A stretch of DNA of 64,000 nucleotides from Eledone cirrhosa (GCA_964016885.1 OZ024744.1:90706001-90770000); one strand, 5' to 3'. Positions 25,043 to 39,155 are shown, counted from the first letter of the stretch. The notes: a model not told the origin generated them from the sequence alone. Program-made: numbers and translations.

Positions 25043-26089
25043 CAATATAAACAGTTTTATAGATAAATAGATTCGACATACCGTAACAACATCGACTTGT
25101 ATTTGAAAAGGTTGATTTGGCAGTGAAAAAATTGTACACAGAGAGAAAGAAAGAGAGAAAAAAAAAAAGAAAAGAAAGACAGAAAACGAAGAAAAAGAAG
25201 AAAATGAAGAAATGCATGGAACAAAATAGAGAGATGGAAAGATAGATAAAGAGAAGAACTTCATGTAAAGAAACAGAGAGATATATATATATATATAGAG
25301 AGAGAGGAAATAGAGATAGATACATATATATAGAAAACTAGGTAGTGGGACGTCTGTTGGGTAAACGTATCAATGATACATTTATTTATTTATTTATTTA
25401 TTTATTTAGCTCTAGTATTAATGTAAGGGAGATATATGGAGAGAAACCAGCTGTTATATATAGAGAGAAAAAATATAGAGAGAGAAAAAATGTAGAGAGA
25501 GAAAAAAATTTAAAAATAACCAGACATAGGCGAGGCGTAGAAAACCCTATGTTTTAATGTAGAGGTATTAGTATTTATAAAAACCAGCCACTATATTGTA
25601 AATATCAGTATTCCTGAATGAGACATGTATCCATAATGTGTGAAAATTAATGATCTTATGTTTAGTTTTTTTTTTTAAATTCATATGTTTATGTGATAAC
25701 TACAAACATCTATGTCAATTTACATGATCAACTCTGCAAACCCTAAGTTCACGGAAAACATTCTCATTGTGGTATAAAAATTTAAGTATACATATATGTG
25801 TATATATATACACACAAATATATATAGAGTCAATATTACTATTCCTGTCTTTACTCTACAAGATTATCTATCAAGCAGAAATAGAGAGCAGATTTCAATA
25901 TACTTTCTCTCTATATATTTCTCTCAATATATTTCTCTCTATATAACAGCTGGTTTCTCTCCATATATCTCCCTTACATTAATACTAGAGCTAAATAAAT
26001 AAATAAATAAATAAATGTATCATTGATACGTTTACCCAACAGACGTCCCACTACCTAGTTTTCTATATATATGTATCTATCTCTATTTC

Positions 26090-26121
<32 letters not shown>

Positions 26122-26355
26122 CTGTTTCTTAACATGAAGTTCTTCTCTTTATCTATCTTTCCATCTCTCTATTTTGTTCCATGCATTTCTTCTTTTTCTT
26201 CTTTTTCTTCGTTTTCTGTCTTTCTTTTCTTTTTTTTTTTCTCTCTTTCATTCTCTCTGTGTACAATTTTTTCACTGCCAAATCAACCTTTTCAAATACA
26301 AGTCGATGTTGTTACGGTATGTCGAATCTATTTATCTATAAAACTGTTTATATTG

Positions 26356-26421
26356 TATTTTGTCTGAGGAAGGCATAGCATATTGTTAATATGATATCCC
26401 TGAAATATATATAATGAAATA
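26356..26421 (+). ncRNA. Type I hammerhead
   Basis: UAUUUUGU-CUGAGGA-AGGCAUAGCAUAUUGUUAAUAUGAUAUCCCU-GAAA-UAUAUA-UA-AUGAAAUA. Confidence 0.8.
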
Positions 26422-26550
26422 AATATGGTTTTATAAATATAGTTTCCATTTATTTAATATTGTAAATATACTCCAAATACTTGTCGAGTGCTTTTATATC
26501 AGTTATAAATATTTACTAGTTGTAACCCAACAATTTAAATATAACTTTCC

Positions 26551-26583
<33 letters not shown>

Positions 26584-26698
26584 TACACATATTCATGTGT
26601 GTGTGTGTAAAACTCAGTCTTAGATAATTCATATGAACCTTACATATACATATATATATTAGTAAAGTAATAAAGTAATAAGCAACATAAGGCAATTA

Positions 26699-26758
26699 TT
26701 CCATTCACCAGTGGTTTCTTAAAAGCAAAAAATTTTTCATTCAATCTTCAGAATGAAA
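26699..26758 (-). ncRNA. Family-1 proximal hammerhead (G at the cleavage position)
   Basis: CUGAAGA...GAAA-CCACUGG-UG-AAUGGAA. Confidence 0.7.
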
Positions 26759-26838
26759 AAAACCTGGTCTATCTATATATACATACATATACACACACAA
26801 ATATATATATATACATATATATACACACATATATACAT

Positions 26839-26899
<61 letters not shown>

Positions 26900-27081
26900 A
26901 ATATACATACACATACACATAGGTATGTGAAGGGCAAGGCAAAAAGAATATATGGGGAGGGGGGCATAGAAAAAGGTGAAATATAAGGGGAGGTAAGGGA
27001 GAAAAAAATAAATATACAAGAGTACAGAACGTAGATTCAGCAAAAAAAACCGTAGCAGAAGTAAAGAGCAGAGAAAGGAGT

Positions 27082-29410
27082 TCAAGGCGGTTGATTTATC
27101 ATAGGAGTGTCAATCCAGTTACAGATCAGATGCGATTTCAGATGAGGACAGCATCTGAAGATCTCAGTCTTTGAGTTAAGGCAAGCGGAAGTGGCTCTCA
27201 AGTTTAGCAAAATCCTATACTTTTCTGTGGTACACAAAGAACAATTCTTTGTGCCCCTTTGGTACTCCCTCGAATGGTCTAATATAGACCAATCAATAGA
27301 GTACGGGATGTTACTATCCTTGAGTTCCCACACCTTACTTGCGAGGGCCGTTGATGTTCGTTTATCGGAGTACTTAAAAGAAGCGACATGTGAGTAAAAT
27401 CTGGTTTTAAACCTGTCCTGGGTCATACCGACACATCGCTCACTCCTGGCTGGCTGGTTGTTGATTACCGGTGTTATCTTAGCCTCATAAACAACAGATT
27501 TGGTGTTACATTTACCCTGCAATGGGCATTCATCCGGCTTCCTGCAACTGCATCCTGGATTTATTCTCGTATGGTTTGAACTGGTGATTTTGGACTTCAT
27601 AGATGGGCAACAAGAGTAGCTGATCTTAAGTACGTTCCTATTAAATATGTTATAATATCTATGATTAGGAGGAAAATGTTTGTCTAATAGTTCAAGGAAT
27701 TTCCTTCTTACATTAGTTTTGACAGTTAGAGAGAAGGGGGGTGTGAACCAAATAATCTTCCTTTTCCTGTTATTGTGGTTATTTTTTGTGTGTGTGGTGG
27801 GGGGGGGGGGGGGGGGGGTTAAATAAGAAATGTTTTCTGTAAAACCGCTGTTCTTAAGGGCTTTATTATAATAAGGGGCGGCTTTATTAAAAATGTCTAT
27901 AGACGAAGATAAGGTAGAAATCCTACGGCTAATGTTAGGAATAAGATTATTAAAAACTATAGGGGGATGGCAAGACTCTTTGTGTATATACCTAAGATTT
28001 TCATTAGGTTTATGATAGGGTTTAAAAGAGGCGGTAAGTAGATCAAGATTAATATCAAGAAAGTTAGCATTAGTAAGGTTCGTATCTATAGTGATTTTAA
28101 GGTTAAGGTTAACAAAAGTATTGATTAAATCTTTACGGAATTTATCAAAGTTATGGCGTTGGTGGTATGAGAAACTGCTAATCCGTCATCACGGTATAAA
28201 CCGATATTATGGGACGGAAATTTCTCTTTGAGGGTGTGGAGAAGGAGTAATCCTACTAAGTCACACACATCCGCATTGCAACATCAAAAGAGTTTTCAGG
28301 GTTTGACTTTTTAACCCAAATATTATCATTAGTAAAGAGTAAAGTGTTTCTAGCATGAAAGATAATTTCTTCTAATTTAGAAATAATAATGAAAGGTCTT
28401 GCAAAATCTAAGGCATTAGTTAATAAGGAAACAGTAATAGATGGGTAAAAATCGACAATATCAAATTGGGTAAATCTACACTTATTTTTACCTTGTATAT
28501 TATTGAACCAAGAAATAACAGAGGAAGTATTTAGCCACTGTGATAGGTCAGTGTTACTTCTAATTTGGAGAATTATTTTTCTTAAGATTTTCTTACTTGC
28601 AAGGCCAACCTCGGATTTAGCCGGGTTAATCAATCTACAACTAGGTCGATTAGTAAAGTCCAATTTATGGTCTTTAAGGGTAATATATACTTTACACTTA
28701 GCTAGGGATTCAATCCGGTTATCTATTTGTAAAGAACTAGCTAGTTCTTTAGCTTCTTTATTGATAGTATTGTAGGTATTATTATTAGTTAATTGATGGA
28801 TTGGCAGTATCGGTAGAGAGTCGGACGCCATGCTTTGAAGCATAGAGTTACGTCCTTTTATGATCTGAGTTCAAATCCCGCCGAGGTTAACTTTGCCTTT
28901 CATCCTTACGGGGTCGATAAAATAAAGTACCAGTAATGTACTGGTGAAATTGCTGGCCTTGTGCCTAAAATAGAAACAATTATTAGTTAATTGATATTTA
29001 TTGGTAATACTATTAGTTAAAAGTTGGTTATACAAAGTACTATTAACTTCAAAGAGATTTTTAGTTTTATCAGAAAAAACAAAAGTGTTTGTAGAATTTC
29101 TAAATTTAGAAATATCGTTAGATAGTTTAGTTTGAAAGTTATTATTGTACTTACGAAATTTGATATCACTAATTAGATTAACAAGGTCTAATTCGAAGTT
29201 GGCCATGTCTTTAATTCTAGGTGGATATTTACGGGATTTGATGTCAAAACAATCTTTAGTATCAGCACTGAATAGTCCATCGTGAACCATTGCCTTCCAT
29301 CTCATTCTTTTAACGACTTGTTCGATTTTATCTATCAGGATTTTGGTATAAGTTGTGTTGGAAGGAGTGGGTATATTTTTGATTGAATAATCCAATTCCT
29401 AAAGATCCAT
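27082..29410 (-). pseudogene. Nematis-type RT-GIY-YIG ORF, copy A
   Basis: Broken by a SINE, by a deletion after SFDVAM and by frameshifts. Confidence 0.88.
28798..28978 (+). mobile_element. MetaSINE-like insertion in copy A
   Basis: Flanked by the duplicated ATTATTAGTTAATTGAT. Same site as in copies B and C. Confidence 0.88.
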
Positions 29411-29623
29411 AGTGTATGTTGGTTAAATTCCTGAAAACTGTAGAGTGCTCAACTAATCGGGCTGGAAAGTGCCAATCGTATATGTAATATAGAATATGCT
29501 TCAATCAATCCCAGCTGGAGCTGTATAAATGAAGTAATTCCGTCGGAAAAGTCCAGGAAAAAAGAGTGCTCTATGTAGGTAACAGAGCTTAATAGTTGTG
29601 TAATAAACAACATAAGGCAATTA

Positions 29624-29683
29624 TTCCATTTACCAGTGGTTTCTTAAAAGCAAAAGATTTTGTTTTCAATCCTCAGAATGAAA
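29624..29683 (-). ncRNA. Family-1 distal hammerhead (canonical core)
   Basis: CUGAGGA...GAAA-CCACUGG-UA. Confidence 0.8.
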
Positions 29684-29826
29684 AAATCCTGGTCTGTTTA
29701 TTGAATTAGGATTGTAGAACAAAAATGCAATCTATATGAAAGTGAGGCTGGAGAAGGAAGAAGGAAAGGAAAAATAAAATAAAACTACACATGCAAACAC
29801 ACACACAAAAACACAAAAGCATACCT

Positions 29827-29865
<39 letters not shown>

Positions 29866-30764
29866 CATAAATATACATACACATATATATACACATACAT
29901 ACACTCATACATACACACACGCACACTTATATACACACATATATGTGTGTATAAATACACACAAACACATATATACATACGCACATAAATATCAACACAT
30001 TGATACATACAAATACATATATACAACCACATACACATATATACACACATACATACTCATAGAAACATAAATATAAATACACATACATACACACATATAC
30101 ATACATATATATATATATATATATATCTGTACAAGCATACACATACACAAACATAGCCATACACACATACATAAACATACATACATACATGCATACAATC
30201 ATACATATATACACACGTACATACATACACATACATAAATGCACTCCTCTACATATTCACACACGCAAATAAATATAATAAAAAAAATATATATATATAT
30301 ATATATAAAAAATTATTTGACAGCGATACAGAAGGCAGCTAACTGGACAGACACGCGTGGTAAGTAATACAAATGCACGTATACATACGTACAAAATAGT
30401 AAATACATACACACACTCTCGCCCATAAATATACATATACAAATACATAAACACATACATACACATACATGCACAAACACGCACACGTATACAATTATAC
30501 ACACACATATGTATATGTAATTATACACACACACACACATATATATATACATAAATATAAACATACAGACACACACACACATATATGTATACATACACAC
30601 ATACATACATATATATATACACACACACACACACACAGACACACACACATACACATATTCATGTGTGTGTGTGTAAAACTCAGTCTTAGATAATTCATAT
30701 GAACCTTACATATACATATATATAGTAGTAAAGTAATAAAGTAATAAGCAACATAAGGCAATTA

Positions 30765-30824
30765 TTCCATTCACCAGTGGTTTCTTAAAAGCAAAAAATG
30801 TTTCATTCAATCTTCAGAATGAAA
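30765..30824 (-). ncRNA. Family-1 proximal hammerhead (UG)
   Basis: CUGAAGA...GAAA-CCACUGG-UG. Confidence 0.7.
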
Positions 30825-32468
30825 AAAACCTGGTCTATCTATATATACATACATATACACACACAAATATATATATATACATATATATACACATATATAC
30901 ATACACATATATATATATATACACACAAATATACATACACATACACATAGGTATGTGAAGGGCAAGGCAAAAAGAATATATTGAGGGGGGGGGGGGCATA
31001 GGAAAAGGTGAAATATAAGGGGAGGTAAGGGAGAAAAAAATAAATATACAAGAGTACAGAACGTAGATTCAGCAAAAAAAAACCGTAGCAGAAGTAAAGA
31101 GCAGAGAAAGGAGTTCAAGGCGGTTGATTTATCATAGGAGTGTCAATCCAGTTACAGATCAGATGCGATTTCAGATGAGGACAGCATCTGAAGATCTCAG
31201 TCTTTGAGTTAAGGCAAGCGGAAGTGGCTCTCAAGTTTAGCAAAATCCTATACTTTTCTGTGGTACACAAAGAACAATTCTTTGTGCCCCTTTGGTACTC
31301 CCTCGAATGGTCTAATATAGACCAATCAATAGAGTACGGGATGTTACTATCCTTGAGTTCCCACACCTTACTTGCGAGGGCCGTTGATGTTCGTTTATCG
31401 GAGTGCTTAAAAGAAGCGACATGTGAGTAAAATCTGGTTTTAAACCTGTCCTGGGTCATACCGACATATCGCTCACTCCTGGCTGGCTGGTTGTTGATTA
31501 CCGGTGTTATCTTAGCCTCATAAACAACAGATTTGGTGTTACATTTACCCTGCAATGGGCATTCATCCGGCTTCCTGCAACTGCATCCTGGATTTATTCT
31601 CGTATGGTTTGAACTGGTGATTTTGGACTTCATAGATGGGCAACAAGAGTAGCTGATCTTAAGTACGTTCCTATTAAATATGTTATAATATCTATGATTA
31701 GGAGGAAAATGTTTGTCTAATAGTTCAAGGAATTTCCTTCTTACATTAGTTTTGACAGTTAGAGAGAAGGGGGGTGTGAACCAAATAATCTTCCTTTTCC
31801 TGTTATTGTGGTTATTTTTTGTGTGTGTGGTGGGGGGGGGGGTTAAATAAGAAATGTTTTCTGTAAAACCGCTGTTCTTAAGGGCTTTATTATAATAAGG
31901 GGCGGCTTTATTAAAAATGTCTATAGACGAAGATAAGGTAGAAATCCTACGGCTAATGTTAGGAATAATTCTCCAAATTAGAAGTAACACTGACCTATCA
32001 CAGTGGCTAAATACTTCCTCTGTTATTTCTTGGTTCAATAATATAGAAGGTAAAAATAAGTGTAGATTTACCCAATTTGATATTGTAGATTTTTACCCAT
32101 CTATTACTGTTTCCTTATTAACTAATGCCTTAGATTTTGCAAGACCCTTCATTAATATTTCTAAATTAGAAGAAATTATCTTTCATGCCTTAACTCAAAG
32201 ACTGAGATCTTCAGATGCTGTCCTCATCTGAAATCGCATCTGATCTGTAACTGGATTGACACTCCTATGATAAATCAACCGCCTTGAACTCCTTTCTCTG
32301 CTCTTTACTTCTGCTACGGTTTTTTTTGCTGAATCTACGTTCTGTACTCTTGTATATTTATTTTTTTCTCCCTTACCTCCCCTTATATTTCACCTTTTAC
32401 TATGCCCCACCCACCCGCCCATATATTCTTTTTGCCTTGCCCTTCACATACCTATGTGTATGTATATT

Positions 32469-32524
<56 letters not shown>

Positions 32525-32527
<3 letters not shown>

Positions 32528-34122
32528 AGATCAAAAGATGGTTAAAGGAGTTCCATATATTTTATTATGCGCATTTCAAAAACAAACATCATCAAACAAT
32601 AATATTTGTGTTTTCATCAGATAAAACAGGAGAACATGATATGAAGGCTAAAAAACACTTGTTGATAGTGCAGTTTTAAATCAACATATGAAAAGTGGTT
32701 TTAGATTGATGTGTGATATTGGCAAAAATATTTTATTTAGAGAGGGGGGGGGGAAGGATGAAAAGGGAAGGAGATGAGAGGGAGAGATGGGTGATAGAGA
32801 GAAAGAGATAGTTTTTATAACTGAGAGGAGATATATTTTATATAGAGAGGTTGAAAACCGTTGGAAGATACTGTATAAATTAAAAATTTTGAAAATTAAC
32901 GAAGGGAGGATATGTGCGAGGAAAAAATATTTTATTTAGGGAGGGGGGGGGGGTCGAAAGGATGAAAAAAAGGGGGAGGAGATGAGAGTGAAGGTGGAAA
33001 GGGAGAGATGGGTGATAGAGAGAAAGAGATAGTTTTTATAACTGAGAAAAAGATATAATGTTTTAATATAGAGAGGTTGGGAACCGTTGGAAGATAATGT
33101 ATAAATTAAAGGAATTTGAAAATTAACGAAGGGAAATTATGTATGAAGATAGAGAGAAAAAATAATAATTGTGGGTGAATATTCTAACGTCAAAAGAAGA
33201 AATGTATGTATAGTGGCAATTTCAAAATTAGCAAAGAGAAAAATGTTAAGGTTTATGTGTAGAAGGATTTGAGAAAAATAATGTGAAGTTAAAGTTTGTA
33301 TATTGAATTCATATGTATTAATAATGAGTTCGTTGATGGGGAGAAAAAAATAATAATAAATTAAGGATGAAATTGAGATTAAAAAGATTTATGATAGAGA
33401 GAAAAAATAATAATGATTGCGGATGAATATTCAAAATGTCAAAAACAAATGTTATTGTTTTACGAGAAGATAGAATGAGGGTAATGAGTAAACGAGTATT
33501 ATAGAGTGTATAATGCCCTTTAAAGAAAGGTAGATGGGTATATTTTAAAGAATATATGGGTATATATTAAAAAAAAAAAAAAATAATAATAAATTAAGGA
33601 TGAAATTGAGATTAAAAAGATTTATGATAGAGAGAAAAAATAATAATGATTGCGGATGAATATTCAAAATGTCAAAAACAAATGTTATTGTTTTACGAGA
33701 AGATAGAATGAGGGTAATGAGTAAACGAGTATTATAGAGTGTATAATGCCCTTTAAAGTAAGGTAGATGGGTATATTTTAAAGAGGTGTATGTATATGTG
33801 CCTTTGAGAAAAGATTCTAAATTGATAAAGAATTGAATATTAACTGTATACTTTGTGAAAAGTTCTATGGAATTTATGCAGGCAGATAGAAAACAAATCT
33901 GAGCGTCTATTTATTATGGATTCTAGGTTAGAGATAATGGTAAATTTTTCATTTAGGCAGAGATTACAGATTTTAGATAGAGAGCTGTTCAAGTATGAGG
34001 ATGCAGAAGAAATCTTTTTCCAAAAGATGTTATATTTAATGTTTTTGTCTTTTAAGGACCATATGAGTTCTGAGAGAGCAGTGTTAGTTCTTTTAAGTTT
34101 GTATTTGAAAGATGAATGATGA
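32525..34122 (-). mobile_element. Nested 3' remnant of another Nematis-type PLE
   Basis: Minus strand near 33840-34110 reads TALSELIWSLKDKNIKYNIFWK..CNLCLNEK..INRRSDLFSICLH. Long UTR with internal duplications. (TA)n on both sides. Confidence 0.8.
32560..32626 (-). ncRNA. Type I hammerhead
   Basis: UUUUAU-CUGAUGA-(~16-bp stem II)-GAAA-UGCGCA-UA-AUAAAA, with palindromic stem III. Confidence 0.85.
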
Positions 34123-34123
34123 C

Positions 34124-34154
<31 letters not shown>

Positions 34155-34234
34155 ATGTATATATGTGTGTATATATATGTATATATATATATTTGTGTGT
34201 GTATATGTATGTATATATAGATAGACCAGGTTTT

Positions 34235-34294
34235 TTTCATTCTGTAGATTGAAGGAAAAATTTTTTGCTTTTAAGAAACCACTGGTGAATGGAA
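34235..34294 (+). ncRNA. Family-1 proximal hammerhead (UG, core CUGUAGA)
   Basis: Homologous to 39236-39295 with A6U. Confidence 0.6.
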
Positions 34295-34409
34295 TAATTG
34301 CCTTATGTTGCTTATTACTTTATTACTTTACTAATATATATATGTATATGTAAGTTTCATATGAATTATCTAAGACTGAGTTTTACACACACACACATGA
34401 ATATGTGTA

Positions 34410-34442
<33 letters not shown>

Positions 34443-34503
34443 GTATGTATGTATGTATGTATACATATATATGTGTGTGTGTGTGTGTATGTTTATATTT
34501 ATG

Positions 34504-34536
<33 letters not shown>

Positions 34537-34935
34537 ATAATTACATATACATATGTGTGTGTATAATTGTATACGTGTGCGTGTTTGTGCATGTATGTGT
34601 ATGTATGTGTTTATGTATTTGTATATGTATATTTATGTGCGAGAGTGTGTGTATGTATTTACTATTTCGTACGTATGTATACGTGCATTTGTGTGTATTA
34701 CTACCACGCGTGTCTGTCCAGTTAGCTGCGTTCTGTATCGCGGTCAAATAATTTTTTATATATATATATATATATTTTTTCTTATATTTATTTGCGTGTG
34801 TGAATATATAGAGGAGTGCATTTATGTATGTGTATGTATGTATGTACGTGTGTATATATGTATGATTGTGTGCATGTATGTATGTATGTTTATGTATGTG
34901 TGTATGGCTATGTTTGTGTATGTGTATGCTTGTAC

Positions 34936-34979
<44 letters not shown>

Positions 34980-35206
34980 ATGTGTGTATGTATGTGTATT
35001 TATATTTATGTTTCTATGTGTATGTATGTGTGTATATATGTGTGTGTGGTTGTATATATGTATTTGTATGTATGAATGTGTTGATATTTATGTGCGTATG
35101 TATATATGTGTTTGTGTGTATTTATACACACATATGTGTGTATATATGTGTGCGTGTGTGTATGTATGAGTGTATGTATGTGTATATATATATGTGTATG
35201 TATATG

Positions 35207-35241
<35 letters not shown>

Positions 35242-35491
35242 GAGAGGTATAGAGATTGTTTTAGCAAGAAGCTAACGGCATTCTATAACATATATGCGAC
35301 TATAACGTCAAGATGGGAAAAGTAGTTAACGAAAGATTTAGGAAAAATAACTCAAACTCATCTCAAAAGAGAATCAGGATATAAATTCATCCACAGAATT
35401 TAGTAAAATCCAGGGAAAAATCTATAGACCTTTAACTCATGATAAAATAAAGTTTGAAACACTTATCCTTCAATTTGGAATAACATCAAAT

Positions 35492-35572
35492 GTTCTGTAT
35501 AGTCTTAAAAGACTATTTAATGAAAACTTTCAGTGGAGATGGTCACGGTAGGATTTCATTCATCAGCAGAGC
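35492..35572 (-). ncRNA. Hammerhead with G12U substitution, within nested insert ~35240-35760
   Basis: GCUCUG-CUGAUGA-AUGAAA...UUUCAU-UAAA-UAGUCUUUUAAGACUA-UA-CAGAAC. Confidence 0.6.
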
Positions 35573-36162
35573 TCAACAGAAACCAGGGCTCTCACAGTAG
35601 TATAATCCGAAAAAGGGGATTCTAAAACTGGCTAGTTCGCCTTCATGTGTATTTATGAAAAAGCACATGAGGAAAAAACGGGGCTAGTGACGTCAGGATG
35701 GAAGTGAATGTTTATTTACAAGAAATAGCAGTCAAATACATTCTGAAAAAAACTCTACAAAGGAGTGTGAATATGTAGAGGAGTGCATTTATGTATGTGT
35801 ATGTACGTGTGTATATATGTATGTTTGTGTGCATGTATGTATGTATGTTTATGTATGTGTGTATGGCTATGTTTGTGTATGTGTATGCTTGTACAGATAT
35901 ATATATATATATATGTATGTATATTTGTGTATGTATGTGTATTTATATTTATGTTTCTATGAGTATGTATGTGTGTATATATGTGTGTGTGGTTGTATAT
36001 ATGTATTTGTATGTATGAATGTGTTGATATTTATGTGCGTATGTATATATGTGTTTGTGTGTATTTATACACACATATATGTGTGTATATAAGTGTGCGT
36101 GTGTGTATGTATGAGTGTATGTATGAGTGTATGTATGTGTATATATATGTGTATGTATATGT

Positions 36163-36202
<40 letters not shown>

Positions 36203-36345
36203 ATGTATGATTTTGTCTTTTTGTGTGTGTGTTTGCATGTGTAGTTTTATTTTATTTTTCCTTTCCTTCTTCCTTCTCCAGCCTCACTTTCATATAGATT
36301 GCATTTTTGTTCTACAATCCTAATTCAATAAACAGACCAGGATTT

Positions 36346-36405
36346 TTTCATTCTGAGGATTGAAAGCAAAATCTTTTGCTTTTAAGAAACCACTGGTAAA
36401 TGGAA
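36346..36405 (+). ncRNA. Family-1 distal hammerhead (canonical core)
   Basis: UUUCAUU-CUGAGGA-UUGAAAGCAAAA(UC)UUUUGCUUUUAA-GAAA-CCACUGG-UA-AAUGGAA. Confidence 0.85.
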
Positions 36406-36618
36406 TAATTGCCTTATGTTGTTTATTACATAACTATTAAGCTCTGTTACCTACATAGAGCACTCTTTTTTCCTGGACTTTTCCGACGGAATTACTTCAT
36501 TTATACAGCTCCAACTGGGATTGATTGAAGCATATTCTATATTACATATACGATTGGCACTTTCCAGCCCGATTAGTTGAGCACTCTACAGTTTTCAGGA
36601 ATTTAACCAACATACACT

Positions 36619-38930
36619 ATGGATCTTTATGAATTGGATTATTCAATCAAAAATATACCCACTCCTTCCAACACAACTTATACCAAAATCCTCATAGATA
36701 AAATCGAACAAGTCGTTAAAAGAATGAGATGGAAGGCAATGGTTCACGATGGACTATTCAGTGCTGATACTAAAGATTGTTTTGACATCAAATCCCGTAA
36801 ATATCCACCTAGAATTAAAGACATGGCCAGCTTCGAATTAGACCTTGTTAATCTAATTAGTGATATCAAATTTCGTAAGTACAATAATAACTTTCAAACT
36901 AAACTATCTAACGATATTTCTAATTTTAGAAATTCTACAAACACTTTTGTTCTTTCTGATAAAACTAAAAATCTCTTTGAAGTTAATAGTACTTTGTATA
37001 ACCAACTTTTAACTAATAGTATTACCAATAAATATCAATTAACTAATAATTGTTTCTATTTTAGGCACAAGGCCAGCAATTTCACCAGTACATTACTGGT
37101 ACTTTATTTTATCGACCCCGTAAGGATGAAAGGCAAAGTTAACCTCGGCGGGATTTGAACTCAGATCATAAAGGGACGTAACTCTATGCTTCAAAGCATG
37201 GCGTCCGACTCTCTACCGATACTGCCAATCCATCAATTAACTAATAATAATACCTACAATACTATCAATAAAGAAGCTAAAGAACTAGCTAGTTCTTTAC
37301 AAATAGATAACCGGATTGAATCCCTAGCTAAGTGTAAAGTATATATTACCCTTAAAGACCATAAATTGGACTTTACTAATCGACCTAGTTGTAGATTGAT
37401 TAACGCGGCTAAATCCGAGGTTGGCCTTGCAAGTAAGAAAATCTTAAGAAAAATAATTCTCCAAATTAGAAGTAACACTGACCTATCACAGTGGCTAAAT
37501 ACTTCCTCTGTTATTTCTTGGTTCAATAATATACAAGGTAAAAATAAGTGTAGATTTACCCAATTTGATATTGTCGATTTTTACCCATCTATTACTGTTT
37601 CCTTATTAACTAATCCCTTAGATTTTGCAAGACCTTTCATTAATATTTCTAAATTAGAAGACATTATCTTTCATGCTAGAAACACTTTACTCTTTACTAA
37701 TGATAATATTTGGGTTAAAAAGTCAAACCCTGAAAACTCTTTTGATGTTGCAATGCGGATGTGTGTGACTTAGTAGGATTATTCCTTCTCCACACCCTCA
37801 AAGAGAAATTTCCGTCCCATAATATCGGTTTATACCGTGATGACGGATTAGCAGTTTCTCATACCACCAACGCCATAACTTTGATAAATTCCGTAAAGAT
37901 TTAATCAATACTTTTGTTAACCTTAACCTTAAAATCACTATAGATACGAACCTTACTAATGCTAACTTTCTTGATATTAATCTTGATCTACTTACCGCCT
38001 CTTTTAAACCCTATCATAAACCTAATGAAAATCTTAGGTATATACACAAAGAGTCTTGCCATCCCCCTATAGTTTTTAATAATCTTATTCCTAACATTAG
38101 CCGTAGGATTTCTACCTTATCTTCGTCTATAGACATTTTTAATAAAGCCGCCCCTTATTATAATAAAGCCCTTAAGTACAGCGGTTTTACAGAAAACATT
38201 TCTTATTTACCTACCCCCCCCCCCTAAAGATAACCACAATAACAGGAAAAGGAAGATTATTTGGTTCACACCCCCCTTCTCTCTAACTGTCAAAACTAAT
38301 GTAAGAAGGAAATTCCTTGAACTATTAGACAAACATTTTCCTCCTAATCATAGATATTATAACATATTTAATAGGAACGTACTTAAGATCAGCTACTCTT
38401 GTTGCCCATCTATGAAGTCCAAAATCACCAGTTCAAACCATACAAGAATAAATCCAGGATGCAGTTGCAGGAAGCCGGATGAATGCCCATTGCAGGGTAA
38501 ATGTAACACCAAATCTGTTGTTTATGAGGCTAAGCTAACACCGGTAATCAACAACCAGCCAGCCAGGAGTGAGCGATGTGTCGGTATGACCCAGGACAGG
38601 TTTAAAACCAGATTTTACTCACATGTCGCTTCTTTTAAGCACTCCGATAAACGAACATCAACGGCCCTCGCAAGTAAGGTGTGGGAACTCAAGGATAGTA
38701 ACATCCCGTACTCTATTGATTGGTCTATATTAGACCATTCGAGGGAGTACCAAAGGGGCACAAAGAATTGTTCTTTGTGTACCACAGAAAAGTATAGGAT
38801 TTTGCTAAACTTGAGAGCCACTTCCGCTTGCCTTAACTCAAAGACTGAGATCTTCAGATGCTGTCCTCATCTGAAATCGCATCTGATCTGTAACTGGATT
38901 GACACTCCTATGATAAATCAACCGCCTTGA
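36619..38930 (+). pseudogene. Nematis-type RT-GIY-YIG ORF, copy B
   Basis: YSIKNIP, RMRWKA, KDHK..CRLIN, FDIVDFYPSI, GLYRDDGL, CSC..CPLQGKC. SINE at 37051-37231. Confidence 0.9.
37051..37231 (-). mobile_element. MetaSINE-like insertion in copy B
   Basis: TSD ATCAATTAACTAATAAT at 37034-37050 and 37232-37248. Confidence 0.9.
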
Positions 38931-39112
38931 ACTCCTTTCTCTGCTCTTTACTTCTGCTACGGTTTTTTTTGCTGAATCTACGTTCTGTACTCTTGTATAT
39001 TTATTTTTTTCTCCCTTACCTCCCCTTATATTTCACCTTTTCCTATGCCCCCCCCCCCATATATTCTTTTTGCCTTGCCCTTCACATACCTATGTGTATG
39101 TGTATGTATATT

Positions 39113-39155
<43 letters not shown>

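Larger units (their letters stand above)
24937..26552. mobile_element. Nested non-coding inverted element (PLE-like 3' ends) with two hammerheads
   Basis: About 24935-25470 is the reverse complement of about 25930-26464. Sits in a (TA)n tract of the family-1 pLTR. Same family as 40083-40540. Confidence 0.8.
24165..31964 (-). mobile_element. Nematis-type PLE family 1, minus-strand arm (pLTR - copy A - pLTR - partial copy)
   Basis: ORF pieces 28871-29395, 28256-28843, 27082-27600 and 31115-31964. YRDD RT motif, CxCx5Cx5C linker, VVY..VGMT endonuclease. Confidence 0.9.
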
